Assembly (NCBI GenBank): GCA_976551045.1
Contig: CDPCPM010000026.1
Coordinates: forward strand, 14,136,001 to 14,200,000
DNA: 64,000 nt
Direction: 5' to 3'
From: Glaucostegus cemiculus
Taxonomy: Eukaryota
The notes below the pieces were generated by a model. That model saw only the letters and a program-made list of their open reading frames with translations. It was not told where the DNA came from and ran no database searches. A program made the position numbers and the translations under genes. Below are positions 1 through 13,010 of the stretch, piece after piece; position 1 is the first letter of the stretch; every line of letters starts with the position of its first letter.

Positions 1-660
1 CCAGGCTGCAGTTATCACATATCACAGGATCCCCCTCACCACAGCATTAGAAAAGTGATTATTGCTCCAGCCCATTGGAGCAGGTAGCTGTTAATAAACC
101 TACATTCCAGTGACCATTAAAGCTCCCATTTACAACCTGTAAATGTTCATTTACAGGAAGGGAGTGCTTTCTCTCAATATCTAGATGGACCCTTGTACTG
201 GTCAATTCTAGGTACACTGACAGCTTGCACATTTTCAACATTTCTAAGTCAATCTCAGTTGCCACTCATCTTTCAGGGGACACTTTGCCCTGCTGGATAG
301 GTTTTTGGAACATGAGCTATTCCCTGCTCAAATGGCTCCTCACTCCACTCAAACCAACAAGCACACCAGTTGAGCAACACTATAATGGCAGCCACACTGT
401 CATCAGGTAGTTAATGGAGACCACTTCAGGGTTGTTAAAATGCAACTTTCCCATCTGTACCAGTCTGGCAAGGCCCTCAGCATTCACTGGAGTCTCCTAC
501 TTTACTGTGGTCTGCAAAATATGGACATCACCAAACTTGGTCATTTCCTCCTGAGACGGAGCAAGGGACGGACAAAGAAACATGACACTAGGAGGACCAG
601 GATGATCTGGAGGAACCAGGAGAAGAGGAGGAGGACAAGAATGAACAGCTACTCACTCCA
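1..660 (+). mobile_element. Decayed PIF/Harbinger DDE transposase (HARBI1-like), C-terminal part, truncated by window start
   Basis: Broken frames read IKAPIYNL*MFIYRKGVLSLNI* (cf. IKAP..NRKGxHSxNVQ), VNSRYTDSLH (cf. ARYPGSxHD) and YSLLKWLLTPLKPTSTPVEQHYNGSHTVIR (cf. YPLxxWLLTP..ExxYNxxH..R), then an acidic tail EDQDDLEEPGEEEEDK. Stops and frameshifts are present. Confidence 0.8.
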
Positions 661-977
661 GACCATTGTGCCCCTTGGCAGGCTTCTTCCAACAGAACAT
701 CTTTCTGGCAATGACGTGAAACAGTACCACTTGATCCCTGAAAAATTCTCATTCTACCGATGACATCTACTGCTTTCCTACACAATCATACCCTTGCAGG
801 ATCACCTATACCACTAAAGAATGTAGTGAATAGTCTTCAGTCAGTGTAGCTCTGTTAATTATCACCACACACTTCATCTATCAAGTTATAGCTTAAAATG
901 GATTCAGACTTTGTCTTACAAAAACAGTACCTTAAAGCTCTCATTTCATTTTAGCCTCAGCTTTCTCAGAACTAAAG

Positions 978-1285
978 ATAGTGGTGCAGTTATTAGTGCG
1001 GCTGCCTCACGACACCAGTGTCCTGGGTTCATTCACAGTCTCTGATGCTGTCTGTGTTGAGCTTGAATGCTCTCCCAGTGACCAAGTGGGTTTCTTCCCG
1101 CATCCTGAAGACATGTGGGTTGGTAGGTTAATTGGCTGCTGTAATTGCTTCCAGTGCTCAGGTGAGTGGGATAATCTGAGGGGAGTTGATGGGAATGTGG
1201 AGAGAATAAGTGGGAAATGGGATTCCTCTGTGAGGCAGCATAGACTTGATGAGTTGAATAGCCTCCTTCTCTGTCATACAGAAAA
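978..1285 (+). mobile_element. HE1-type tRNA-derived V-SINE
   Basis: A-box-like GTGGTGCAGTTATTAG, B-box-like GGGTTCATTC, V-domain-like core, and a CR1-type 3' tail (GCATAGACTTGATGAGTTGAATAGCCTCCTTCT). Confidence 0.8.
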
Positions 1286-3173
1286 TGTGGAGCAAACAAA
1301 AAATCCACTTCTAATCACATCAAATCTTGTAAAAATGTGAATGTTATTCCTTATTGTGCACTCTGTTTTCACCTTTCAAGTCCAAAACCTGCTGTATCTC
1401 AATTTAATCTGAGAAGCTGAATACCTCTGAAGCAATTCTTTCAATTTGTAAGTCTTATAGGTGCTCATCAAATGGCTCACTTTAGAAAGATGCAGTCAAG
1501 TACAACAGTCAGGGTCAGAACAATACAAAGTACCAGGGCAACTCATTGAGGTCACAAGGACACTTAATGATCTCCTCCTGAATCAAAGGAATATTAAGGC
1601 AACAGCTGCAAATGGTAATCATTTTGCTTGATCAAGGCATGAACTCATTAGGCCTCATGGTCTCATTTGGAATTGCAGCCAAATCTCTAACAATGTGATT
1701 CATTTGGCATATCAGTCCATTCAGATTCAGACTTAAATTCATATTTCTGGCAGCCGGACTCTGGCCATAGTCTTCTTATGAAGCCTCTATGAAAGAAACA
1801 CAATATTGCAGTTCTGCACCAACGTGCTTCAAACAGATATATCTACCACTACTTTTCTGTGTTTCTTCAAGCAGCAATGACATTTCAGTGGCAAATGGTT
1901 CCCTAAAAGAAAGGCTAAGACATTGCATGACCTTATGATGCTTGACCTTTGTCAATGCAATTGCCTATTTGGGATCACCCTCATATTTCCTTGTGTTCTT
2001 CCAACAGGATCACACGTGTGATGACTTCACTTTGCACTAGTGAACAGTTTCTGAGGAAGCCCCATCTCTGCAATAAATGACCATTATAAGCATTTGAACC
2101 ATCTGCATGAGTCCTCTAACAATGCTAACATGAAATTATTAAATTGTAAGGAGATGCATCAATGGCACACTGCCACTGATTGCTCTATGATGTATAAGGT
2201 AGCTTCATGTGGCATCATCACATGGCACCACAGATTGTCCTCACTATCCCCTCCTTTGAATGATTGTTTGAAGGCAATCCGAGTAATGGACAAGCACCAC
2301 TAAGGAAAGGAATGTTATACACTTGTAGCACATGACTATATGGTGCAAGTTGTATCAATTTACACAGGCATTCATTTTGTGCTTTGAAGTGACAGCTGCA
2401 TAAACTGTACAGAGTCTTTAGCTGACCTACCTTTGTTAATGAAGGTGAAGGAACTAAAGAATGAAAAGAATGAGGATAATCAACATCAGTTACATTAAGT
2501 GGCTTCACTCAACATTGGCTGCACAAATGAAACAGCTTTAGGGGAACAAAATATTTGGGTGCAAGGGGAACTCACTGAAACAATGCAGCAAAGTCTATCC
2601 ACTACCAATAGTTATCATGCTTTTCCATGCAGGTTTGGAAACCCTGTCACCTCACCATAATGTGTGGAAGCTGTCTGGCCACTGGAAGGTTGACACTGTC
2701 CCTGAGATGCAGATGTCCTCTCAGGATGCCCATGAAGAGCAAAATAGATCAGACGTTCTTCAGCCAATGTAACTAGGTGGTGCTAGGGTACAAGGTAGTC
2801 AGTCACTCTTTGCATATGTCAGACAAGCTCTGGTACTTGGGGCTTGCCTGCAGCAACAACTCGCTCACTCCTCCAAAGGAGTTAACCTGCTGGACCCCCT
2901 CCAGCCTGAAGCCCAGGTACCTGTTCCTTGAGCTCTTCGCCTACAATGGAAGGCTATTGTGAAAAGTGGTTAAGTGGGCATGCCATTGTGGCCTTCTTGG
3001 ATGATTGTGTGGAATAGTCATGAAAATGAATGCTAGAGTATGGAACTCAATGGAGCGATGAATGTTGTACTGCTGAGTCATCTGGAGCAGTGATACGAGA
3101 AGGACAGGAGGTGGAAGGTCAAGATGTTCTGTGCAAGAAAAAGAGAAAGAAAGAAGAAAGAGGGCAGAAGCAG

Positions 3174-3278
3174 GTGTGTGTGTGTGTGTATATATGTGTG
3201 CACGTGGTTGTATGTGCGCATGAGTGTGCGAGTGCACATGTGTTTGTGTGTGAGTGCACCTGTGTGTGTGTGTGTGTG
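3174..3278. repeat. Degenerate (TG)n microsatellite
   Basis: Interrupted TG runs read directly; they explain the HT- and CV-rich ORFs here. Confidence 0.9.
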
Positions 3279-3354
3279 CAAATATATTGTAGAGTAAGCT
3301 GTTTTCATCCTGCGAATGGAGCTGAAGGCTAGAGGTGCAGAGGCACAAAAAATT

Positions 3355-3570
3355 TAAGTTGTGTAAACTCTTCTATCTTGTGAGGCTGTGTTTTTGTGAT
3401 GCTGGTCAGCAGTACAGGGAATGTTGCTCAAGTGGAGACCACCCAGGCACCATCCTGCCGGTATCACTTGCTGATAATATGTCCATCCTGTAGGTTATGT
3501 GATCCTCAAGCCTCTTGAGGTCCCTGTCTGTAAAACTGGGAGCATTATCTTTGGTCTTATTATTGACAGG
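3355..3570 (-). mobile_element. Decayed Harbinger Myb/SANT-like gene, convergent with the transposase at 1-660
   Basis: Minus strand reads KDNAPSFTDRDLKRLEDHITYRMDIL ... AW ... TASQDRR, resembling the APRFSDxDLExL...RRDVL...W...RTxxQCRKKFNDL Myb/SANT-like domain. Confidence 0.6.
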
Positions 3571-4065
3571 CAGCAATGCTGAAAGAAACAGCCATCTCCA
3601 GTAGCTGGGAGAGTGCTGGGGGTGTTGTGCCTATGTGCCGTTAAAGGCCAGCTGATAAGGATGCAGCTGTGGTAGCTGCAAGAAATTCAACTCAAGACTT
3701 TCAGCAATGTTTCTGAAAGGGCACAGTGAAATATCACCATCTTTTTAATGCTTTGTAAGATAATGTGAAATATACAACTACTCTTTAATATTGAAAAATG
3801 GCAATAATGAATTTATAGGCCCTTGTGTTTATAAGCCAGGGAAACTAGGCTTGAAGTCAATTCCAGTTGTATAAAAGAAACTATAGTATTATTGTATTGA
3901 AATAGGTAACTAACTGGCCATGCCGTGGTGTAGTGGAGTACACCTCTGATGCGAACTCAAGCTGTTTCAGCAGTTAAATAACAGCTTGAGATTTTAATAT
4001 TGAGAATGTAAAGACTAGTAAATTTGTTGAGTTTTCTGTCTGGTCTTGTTTACTATCACTGATGA

Positions 4066-4263
<198 letters not shown>

Positions 4264-4670
4264 TGATAAAGCAATCGGGTGCACTGACAACATTCTGTTT
4301 TAATATGCACAGAAACCAAGATGGTGCACAATCTGCCCCCTAAACCCCCAAACTTGAAATTATCTTCTCCAAACATAAATTGAGATCTACTTCTAAACCT
4401 GAGTTTCTAATAGCTCTTTCCATCTTTGGGAAAATATTTGAATTTTACTAGCAAATCAGTAAACAATTATTTTATCAATTTTTCTGAGAAAATACATATC
4501 ATTGACCTGAAATTGCCAAGTTTTCTGCTTTAACACTTCTAATATTTAATGATCTAATTAATCCTTATTTAATCACTTTAATCTTAACTGGATTTCAAGT
4601 GACCAGAAATCAAACACAATTTTAATGATTATAATTGACCATATCCATGATCCCGTTCAGTTAAATACAT

Positions 4671-4714
4671 TGTGCTTGCATATATTAAATATCTATTTAA
4701 TATATGCAAGCACA
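4671..4714. repeat. Perfect palindrome, 21-bp arms with 2-nt loop
   Basis: TGTGCTTGCATATATTAAATA-TC-TATTTAATATATGCAAGCACA. Confidence 0.95.
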
Positions 4715-7684
4715 GCAGTCATAAAATGACGTGTATAATGAAGTTAGATGATTCGTCATCAAATGAATGAAGTAGATACTTACAAAAAAAGTCTGGATTT
4801 ATATAAAGTGCTCAGCTGAATCTATTTAATTAAGATTGAAACGGATAACACTTCATTAGCTTACCTGTCTTAATTGCCCCAATAAATTTATGTTTGGAAA
4901 ACATAGCTGCTGCAGCTTGCCTAAGCTTGTTTTGAATTCCTTGTCTCTGCATTGGTCACAGTATTTTTTAATACTTTTCTTTACTGTACATAATGTTATT
5001 ACTCATTCTCTTTACTTTAGATGATTTAACTAGGTTTCTGACAGTTGATTAGCAAAGTAGCTGTCAGAAAATTTATTTATGCATTACAGTCCAGGTTCAA
5101 TACAGGATTTAGAGCAGGTCTATCAAAACCACCTGGAATGTGAAAATATGCTTCTGCTGGGACAAACCAGCAAAGATGGCAACAATACCATAAGATGATA
5201 TATTAATGAGCCTCTTTTTTTGAGCCACAGGCTACTTTGTTCATCCTACCCCCACTCTTTCTTCTGCATTTATGTCAACTTTTCTAATTTGGTGATAGCA
5301 CTTGTGATCAAGCAATGCAAGGTTGAAAGATATTATTGGTGTTGTGTAATTGTTACAAAACAGCATCTTTATAATCTTCATTGTCAGATTTAGAATCTGC
5401 TTCATGCAAATTTGATCAAATTTATTTTAAGCTGCAAATCTAGTGTGTGGCATAGTTCTCATATTGAAGGGAAACAGGAATTTGCAAGTTCCTCAGTGCT
5501 GATTAAAACACCTGCCTGGGCTTCAGTTTGGCGATTCCGTGCTGAGTGCACAGTTTAGGGAGGTGCTGTAAAGGCAACCTCATTAAAATTGTAACTGTCA
5601 ATGTTATAACAGCATTACTTTTTCAAACTATAGATTAAAAGCATTGTCATATCAGGATGCCATTAAAAGTTTTGAGAATCCAGTGAGAACCACTGGCAAG
5701 AACAGACCAACTGAACTTTTAAAGGATTACTGTGAATATTTGAGTCTGTTATACAAGAGTATCAAATGGAAATTATATTGCATCTCCTTACAAAATGACA
5801 AAGGCTGGGCTTTCAGTGGTTGACATCTGTTCCATTTACATGCACACAGAAAACTGAATGGAAAAATAAAAGTACAGACATCCTGGGACTGTGGATCTCT
5901 CTCACAAGAATGGCGAATGCCTGGGCAGGCAACTGAGTCTAATTTTCTGAGAAAAACCTTGGATAAACATAGAGCTGTATGTTAGTTATTGAGAAAAACA
6001 TAACTTGCTCCAAGGATACACCATGATCCAGTTCAGTGAAATACAGCATTGAACAACTAGACAATCGACTAAATGGTCTTGAATTAAAGACCCTTCTTCG
6101 TTAAGCTAATTTGTGCTGCATCACTGCAATCCTCACTATTTTTCAACTGGTTTCAAATTATTTCTGTATCACTTAATCACTTTTGTCATTGTTCATTGGA
6201 GTTAAGTAAGTAATTTAGATGGTGCTACCCCTTTTAAAAGCAAATGATTTATATTAAAATATTTCAAAGTTCCCAGATGCCCTGAATTTTTATTCTGAGA
6301 TTGCAAGGATATATTAGCAAGGGCACAACAAGAAAAGAAACCCCTTCCTTGTGGTAATAAATGGGGCATTCAGATTCATTGTTTAACAGGCTCTTTAAAG
6401 CAATTAGTGTAATTTAAAGCACATGTGTCTGCATTAATCAGAGAAAAGTCACAGATATACAAGTTCTGTTACTATGGAGTAATGAAATTTCAGCTCTTAA
6501 TGGTTTAAGGGACCAAAAGGTCCAAAAGAAACAAATAAGCGTTTTGTTGTGGCTTATCACCAGCAATTAAGATTTATTTGTAACTTCTAAAATGTAAGCA
6601 TAGTGAACACAATATCACAATATATATACTTTTGTACTTGACATTGAGGACATTTCCCTAGTAGACTTGTAAAAGTGGTGCAGTTGTTACTGCGTGATAT
6701 ATAGTTATATCTATGTATTGGTAGGCAAAATGCCAGAATGTCTCTTATGAATAAGCAGGTAGGATGTAGAAGTGTTAAACTTGCATTTGAAATAAAGACC
6801 ACAATAAACTCTCTAAAAACTAACGAAATCCCATAAAGCATCTTGCTGGGAGGTACACCACTGCCATCCTTGATGTATGTGTCTGTTCAAAGGAGGATAA
6901 GTCCCAGTGGCTGCTTGGGTTATGAATTGTTCTATTTATTTCTCCCAACGTGACCTTTCAGATATTTACAAGTCATTGGTTTAGTTTGAGCCTTTATATT
7001 CATGTAGATTGAACTTCGTAGTATTTGATAAATATCATATCACTTATACAAATTTTTATTTCGATGCTTAATCAAGAAGCATGCAAAAAATTAATGTAGC
7101 AAATTCACTATCATCTGCAAAGATAAAAGATGGGTTTACAGTGTGGGTGTAAATTTTCTTATGGACTTTCACTGACGGACATGCTGTGAATTTCTTTTAA
7201 TGTTGGATTTGAAACATATACAGTTTTTATTTTGTAGCATCTAGATTTTCTTCTATTATTGTTGGCCTTTGTGAAAAGTGGCAATAAATCTATTAGCATT
7301 GCATTTGACCAGGCATACAATAGTATCAGCATTGATACTTAAGTTGACCTTGAAATTCAAAAGCATTTTGATAGCTTATTATCAATAGTTTTCCTCAAAA
7401 TCTAGATGCAGATCTAAATTAAAATCATTCAGCAAAATGTGAGGTTTTGAGTGCTGGTTCATTATTAAGCAATACCACCTATGAGTTTAAATGAACAAAA
7501 GGACATTTAGTGAAATTAAACATTTGGTATAATAACCATGAGGGAAAAGTACACCTCTGTCATTAAATCTAGTAAAATAACGGCCAACATCTCACTCAGG
7601 TTAAAACATTTTTATTCCATCTCTAATATAATATGATTTTGATTCTCTCATATAAAGACATCCCACCTGACAGGAATATTTTCT

Positions 7685-8222
7685 GAATCAAGATGCAAAC
7701 AACTGCAGATGATGGAAATCTGAAATAAAAATAGAAAATGATGGAAATACTCAACAGGTGAGACAGCATTTGTGCTTTTAGGTGGATGTTCTTTTATTGG
7801 AACTAAGTAAGGATTCAAATATGCTTTGAGTTGAAGAGGAGGAAGTATGGAGAGAACAAAGCAAATTTTGGAACTGTGGTGTTTTGTATCCAACAGCTCC
7901 AGGATCGTATTTTTTTCTCTCATCTGTTCTTATTTATCTTTGATTACCTTTCCTCCAGTCACATCAATTGTGATTAACAAACTTTCAGCACCCTTTCTCA
8001 ACTGGCACCACAGCTACTCAGCTCATTCTATCCCTCCTACATAATGTTTCCTTTATTCTCTCCACTTCTCTTCCTTCTCTGCAATTTATGTTTAATTTTG
8101 AACTTTTCTTAGTTCTGGTGAAAGGTCATTCATCTGAAATGTTAACTCTTTTTCCATCTCCACAGATGCTGCTTGATCTGCTGTGTATTTCCATTATTTT
8201 CTGTTTTTATTTAACATTTAAT
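7685..8222. mobile_element. Penelope pLTR-derived foldback insert with decayed hammerhead motif and 11-bp TSD
   Basis: Inverted arms ~7721-7774 and 8161-8212. Hammerhead-like AGTT-CTGGTGA-A-AGGTC-ATT-CATCT-GAAAT-GTT-AACT at 8111-8147. GAATATTTTCT at both 7674-7684 and 8223-8233. Confidence 0.75.
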
Positions 8223-8234
8223 GAATATTTTCTT

Positions 8235-8585
8235 ATGACATAGAAGGAGCCCTATTGTCCCAACAAAACTATACCAATGCCCACAGAAATCCCATCAATC
8301 ACATTTCCCCCATGTATTTCCCTATGACCTTGTCTCTTACATGCCCAACATCTCCACCCTGATTCTTCAAATAGCCACCTATACTCTGGGTAAATTAACC
8401 TAACAACCAGCATGCCTTTGGGGTGTGAGAAGAAACTGGAGCACCACAGGGGAATGTACAGCATACATTCATGGGGTGAATGTACAGCATACAAACTCTA
8501 CGCAGACAGCACCTGAGGTCACTGATCAAACCTGAGTACGCCGAGCTTTGAGAGAGCTGCGTGATCAGCAGTGTCACTGTGTCGC
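8235..8585 (-). mobile_element. HE1-type V-SINE
   Basis: Reverse complement of the same head, V-domain and tail as 978-1285. Confidence 0.75.
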
Positions 8586-9774
8586 GCTATTAGGCCACTG
8601 ATCTGTTTTTGTAGCTATTGCTGCCTTTGAAAATATTGTTGTGGTTCCTTTTCCCTGGTTTGGAAAGCAAGTATATGCAAGGATTCTTCCAGAGTATCTG
8701 ATGATTCTGGAGCTTTTTCAACCAAGAAAAGACTCTCTTATCAGTGTGAGTTGTCCCATGTTCCAAGCAACATAAAAATTCTGATTTGGTATTCCTTATT
8801 GGTGGTTATCATGCAGTATCATGCAGTATCATGCCTGGAAGGACATTAATGGGATTAATCTGTCACCCATTTTACACCTTGACCAATTTTACTTTCCAGT
8901 GATTTCAAATAAAATGAGATGAGAGCTAAAAAAGCAAGTGATCTGTCTGTCAATAACAGGTCAGTTGATTTTGTTAAATGTAGGTTCTGACAGAAAGATT
9001 TAAAGTAAGCTTTTTGTACCAGTGCTCCAATGCAATATCTAAAAGTAAGTACTTCACAATGAGCATTGATCAATCCAGTAGTTGATGCTGGTTACTATTT
9101 TATGTCAGTAATAACATTCTAAAGGAGCTTTAGTAATGAATTTGGTAATGAAATAAAATCACTCCAAATGCGAGATAAGCATATCCGATGTTCACTAGGC
9201 AACCAACATCACAATATGTTGTAAATAGAATGAGGAACATTTACTAGGAATCCATAGTTCAGTAACCCAGCAGGGCACTTACCTAATACTTTGTGAACTC
9301 AGTGACAACACTTTTTGGCACAGTAAACACTAAAGGATAATCTCAATTATGCAGAGATTGAGTTGAAAACTAAGCTTAGTGCAAATCTACTTATGAATCC
9401 ACAAACTTTAAATTGTCTAATTCACTTTGACGGAACTGACCCAAAGATGCACGTAATGGACTGGTGGGCATGCACAAGTACTGTAAATGTTATTGCATTG
9501 TAGAAGGAAATCTAATTCAATGTACTTATTGCATTCTCGTAAAGCATTAGATATAATGCTTTCATTCAAAATAATATTACAGAAGCAGGGCCCTACAATA
9601 ATTTAGAGAACATATTTTCTTATCAGTTCTTTCCCCCTAATATCTGCAAAGAGATATTTTCAGCACAAAAGTATAAGCGGCAGATGCATTTTCATTCTGG
9701 GTTCAATCATGTCAGGGAAACAGTGTACAGATGATATGGTATCACTATGAAACTAATTCTTGGTATTGCCTTCC

Positions 9775-10200
9775 TTAACGTCCAGTAACTACAGACTGAT
9801 TAGTCTTGCATCAGCAACTGACAAAATATTATATTTATTATTTATGAATAAAGTTGAGATTTATCCATCGAAAAGTGGTATTCAATACTGTTTCAGAATA
9901 GGAAGGTATTTTGTTAACCTTTTGCCAAGACATGATAAGTGTATATTAGATGTCCTATAAAGCAATGTACTTTCAAAAATGATTCAATAAATCCTGGATG
10001 AAAGACCTAAAAACTGGATATCCATGGTAAAATTTAAAGGACAATTAGTAATTAGCTGAAAGGCAGGAAGTGGCAGTAGCTAACTAGAAACATGGTCTAT
10101 GGTTTGGAGATATTCTCTGCCAAAAATCCCAGAGTTAGTCCTGAGCCACCAAATCTATAGAGGTGACTAAAACTCAAAATGCTTAAGTATAAGTGACTTA
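9775..10200 (+). mobile_element. Old CR1-type LINE RT fragment
   Basis: SSNYRLISLAS resembles the CR1 motif PGNYRPVSLTS; heavily decayed. Confidence 0.5.
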
Positions 10201-10569
10201 AATATATAATTCAAGCTTCAAGGCAGTGATGGTTTTGTAGTTTTGCAAGTGAAGCATGGCTGGGGTTTGGGAAGAGACTGGAGAAAGGAATTCAATTTGA
10301 TAAAAAGCATAAGAAGAACACTAAATTTATAATTAAATAGAACAAGGGAACAATGCTATAGGAAAATGTGGGGCATTGTGCCATGAAACTAACTAGGACA
10401 ACAAACGAAAGATATCTGTTGGTAAAAGGAGGATCAGTTTTTACTGGGTCCAAATTTCTTTGAGTCCTAAACCAATCAAAATAGTTAAATGTGTACAAAT
10501 CCCACTCATAAAGGCAATTGCAAATATCATTCAATTTTTATATATGCTTATTGCATAAATATTCATAGA

Positions 10570-13010
10570 CCCAAGATACCGATGAGTCCAGTTCAGGAGG
10601 GCAAAATTATGATTAAATCAGATTTACAAGACTGAACATTAAAATAAAAAAAAGGAAAGCAAAGATTAGAAGTAGATACAGGTGAAAACCGTCCAAATTG
10701 CAATTTTCCATAATATGAAGACACTTCATCTGTGCCTGTGTCAAGAAGAATGAACTGAAACTAAAATAAAAATTCTGTGAGAGCAAATTTTTGTTCAGTA
10801 TCTCATGGTGATTTGTGAATTCTGTAAAAGTGAATTTCCATTACCCAAATTGTTGTAACTCAGGTGTCACCTGTATTAGTATTACTCAATGAAGGGAAGC
10901 TTAACATTGGTCCAAGGAGCACTTATTCACATAAAATGATCAATAGAGAATTGGTCTTCCAAGTGATCTAATGGAATCACATGCTCCAAACTTGTTCAAG
11001 AGAGAATTAGATATTGTGAAGGGAACAAGATTTCTATGTTTGTCTATCTTAGCTGTATTAGCCTTAAAATAAGCAAACAGAAGTAGAACCAATTTCAGAA
11101 ATTATTTTTGAAATATTGTTTTTGATTTAAGGAATCTCTGTGATTCAGACAGGCATTTGTAGCCTGGTTCATTGAAAGGAAGCTCTAAAGGACATACATT
11201 GCATTCTAGATTTTTTCAGCAGGTATTGAACATTTAGGTTCTTTTGGGCCTTAGCTTCAGAACATCTAAATTTGCAATTAGCTGATTCTCAAGTTTTAAT
11301 AAAAAATGCAGTAGGCAGCAACTGAGGAACTTCTTTAAATATATGAGAAATTGAATATGATTCAGGTGCAGACAAAATCCACTGGAATTTTGCTACAGCT
11401 GGACAAGTTCAGAAAGTGACTTGAAGCTTCTCACCAATGACCAGTTTGTTTTCAGCCACAATTGCGACAATGGATGTTTGCTGTTTAGATATCAAACATG
11501 AAACTAAACAGCCACCTGCTTGAACTACCATTTCAGCTGTGGTAAATTACACATTTGAGATGTAAGTGCAAGTATTACAATTATACAAAGTTGAGATGCA
11601 GTATCATTTTGTGTTAAATGTTGGTGTTTCAGTTGTAATTTAGTCTGCAATTATACAATTGTAAATCCTGTATGTGTGTTATCACTCCCCTCTCCTTAAT
11701 GTAAGGATATGTTGACCTTTGACTTGAGATATTAGACTGGCAATGTAAAAATTGTACTGATACAGGAACATACTGCTTCCCTGGATACTGGAAAGCACTA
11801 TAGTAGCAGTTGTTACAACTAATGCAAATTTTCTGCTTGTACAAGGTTAAAGGGCCTATTGCTGAACAATTACTTGGGCCCCTGGTCAGGACACATGCTC
11901 CTACACTGACAATTTTTGAATTTAGAAACTACAGACAAGTACATCTCTCCAGAGCTCTGTGACTCAGTAGGAGGATGGGAAAGAAGTAATAAAAGTAAAT
12001 ATCAACATTGGAGTTTTTTTTAATTAAATGGAAATATGGAACTGAAGTTTGGATTGTGTTTGTTATCAGTAAGATGATAATGTTAAATTATTCTATTTTT
12101 GTAATGCTTGCAGTCTAAATGAGTCACAAAGCTAGAATATTAAACCTCCCCAATGATAAATTATCAAAATATATTTTTTATCAAACAGTGATTCTACAAG
12201 TTATAAGAGATCTGGGGTTGTGCCTAATCTAAATAAGCACTATCAATGAGTAAATGTTGAGTATCATCAGTTTATCCATCACATTGTATGTTCAGACCTG
12301 TGGTATTAAAGGTTGTCTGCTACTGTGTATAGTTTAGTATGTACATCAATGTTCTAATTGAATGCTATGGTAACATAATGCTTAGAATAGAGGCTGTACT
12401 CTATGAACAGGTGCACAACTGGTGAAAACTAGTGTTCCCTCTCTGTGTATGAGAATAGAAAACATTTTTGTGAATTTAAAAGGACAGAACACAGTTGCTG
12501 GTAATGCCATATAATTATAACAGAAATCCTACCATTAAAAAGCTTTGGCATTATGATTTTCCCATTGGTTTAATTTCTCTACATGCACAAAAGTTCAAGA
12601 GTATTGGTCAAAAATAATTTCCATCAAAAATATGGTCCTAGTCTCTGAACCACTTATTAAAGGTGTTAAATATTCCAGCCTGCAGCTGCACAAACCAAGC
12701 ACCTGCTTACTGTTATTTAATTGGGGAGGTGCCTGAACTTTGCACTGAAATGTATAGTGGCTTTTCCCTGGTGTTTATGGCATGAGACATTGATTGAATA
12801 GCCAGTTTAAATGGCACAATTTATTATTATTATTATAATTACTAATAATAATTTTGCTAACTGCTATCAAAACTGAACCAGCATCTGTTTCTTGGAATTT
12901 TAAATCTTGAGACCAGTCACTGTATATATGTCTGACTGACCGATCTTCTACTCACAACCTACAATTAGAAAGTGAAAAACTTTATGAAATAAAATCAGTG
13001 CTTCTTAAGT
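10570..13010 (+). other. Probable long 3' UTR of the ZNF516-like gene (5' boundary uncertain)
   Basis: TE-free AU-rich block downstream of the last finger exon, with overlapping miRNA seed matches TTTGCACTGA (12739-12748), a Pumilio-type TGTATATA (12921-12928) and AATAAA (12988-12993). Confidence 0.45.
12988..12993 (+). terminator. Candidate polyadenylation signal
   Basis: AATAAA with an upstream TGTA element at 12921 and T-rich sequence downstream. Confidence 0.45.

Noticed and set aside
2941-3348. His/Thr- and Cys/Val-rich ORFs
   Set aside because: Translations of a (TG)n microsatellite.
3917-3950. tRNA-like 5' half (GCCGTGGTGTAGTGG)
   Set aside because: No B-box, T-arm or acceptor stem follows; at most a SINE head remnant.
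8808-8834. Short tandem duplications (also near 49552, 54578 and 61713)
   Set aside because: Ordinary slippage-scale repeats.
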